64,000 nucleotides of DNA from Octopus sinensis. Lineage: Eukaryota. Positions 63,527-64,000 of this stretch are shown piece after piece (positions within the stretch are counted from its first letter, which is position 1; each line of letters starts with the position of its first letter). Below the pieces are notes generated by a model. It had not been told where the DNA came from, searched no databases, and saw only the letters and a program-made list of their open reading frames with translations. The stretch lies in assembly GCF_006345805.1 (NCBI RefSeq), contig NC_042997.1, forward strand, positions 130,076,001 to 130,140,000. Direction: 5' to 3'. The position numbers and the translations under genes are program-made.

Positions 63527-64000
63527 TATTGTGTTTGCAAACCAAACACCATATATCAATGCTTTTTACATGGCACACCAACCCTAGTGCTTTTTATGTG
63601 GCATACTGTAGAGGACAGGTCTTCTTGAGAAAAGCAATGTGCCGTATATCTGAGTCCTTTGTCATTTCCTTTGTAAGGTAGACCAAACCACAGATCAAAA
63701 AACAATCTGGCAGTAACAAAGCATTTGTTTGTAATCATTGCTGACCCAGCTTTATTGTGAATATCAAGGAAATATTGTACTAAATATCAGACACTTAATA
63801 TATGGTGTTTGGTTTACAAATAGCAGTAAATCCCAATGAAGGGCCATCTTTAGGATTCACATGAGGTTTAAATTTCCCAGTTTATACTTCATCATGTGAA
63901 GTATATATTTCCAAATTCATGTGTGTTGCTTCAAAGGTGAAGTGATGACAGAGAAAGACTTATTTAATAGCTGCTCATTAATTCAACTCCAGTGATCATG

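Overview
AT-rich animal genomic DNA; the repeat families and microsatellite load suggest an octopus (inference, not verified). Two protein-coding genes lie head-to-head with 442 bp between start codons. On the minus strand is an intronless DDX1 (6715-8910). On the plus strand is WDR59 (GATOR2 subunit): 21 coding exons were reconstructed from 9353 to 62038 with GT-AG introns and a continuous frame, and the gene runs off the right edge. The WDR59 introns are packed with mobile DNA: a near full-length CR1/L2-group LINE with open ORF1 and ORF2, RTE fragments and 3' tails, tRNA-derived SINEs, mariner, pogo and Tigger remnants, MITEs, and several fold-back palindromes. The best find is at the LINE ORF1/ORF2 junction. 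ORF2 has no AUG, lies in the -1 frame, and is preceded by G GGA AAC + stop, a 6-nt spacer and an H-type pseudoknot, i.e. a complete retrovirus-style -1 ribosomal frameshift signal in a non-LTR retrotransposon. Other notable items are type I hammerhead-ribozyme motifs in a perfect palindrome (23.1 kb) and in a retrozyme-like terminally redundant unit (60.1-60.7 kb), and a copy of WDR59 exon 2 pasted into a SINE downstream of exon 3. All coordinates were read by hand; repeat boundaries are approximate.
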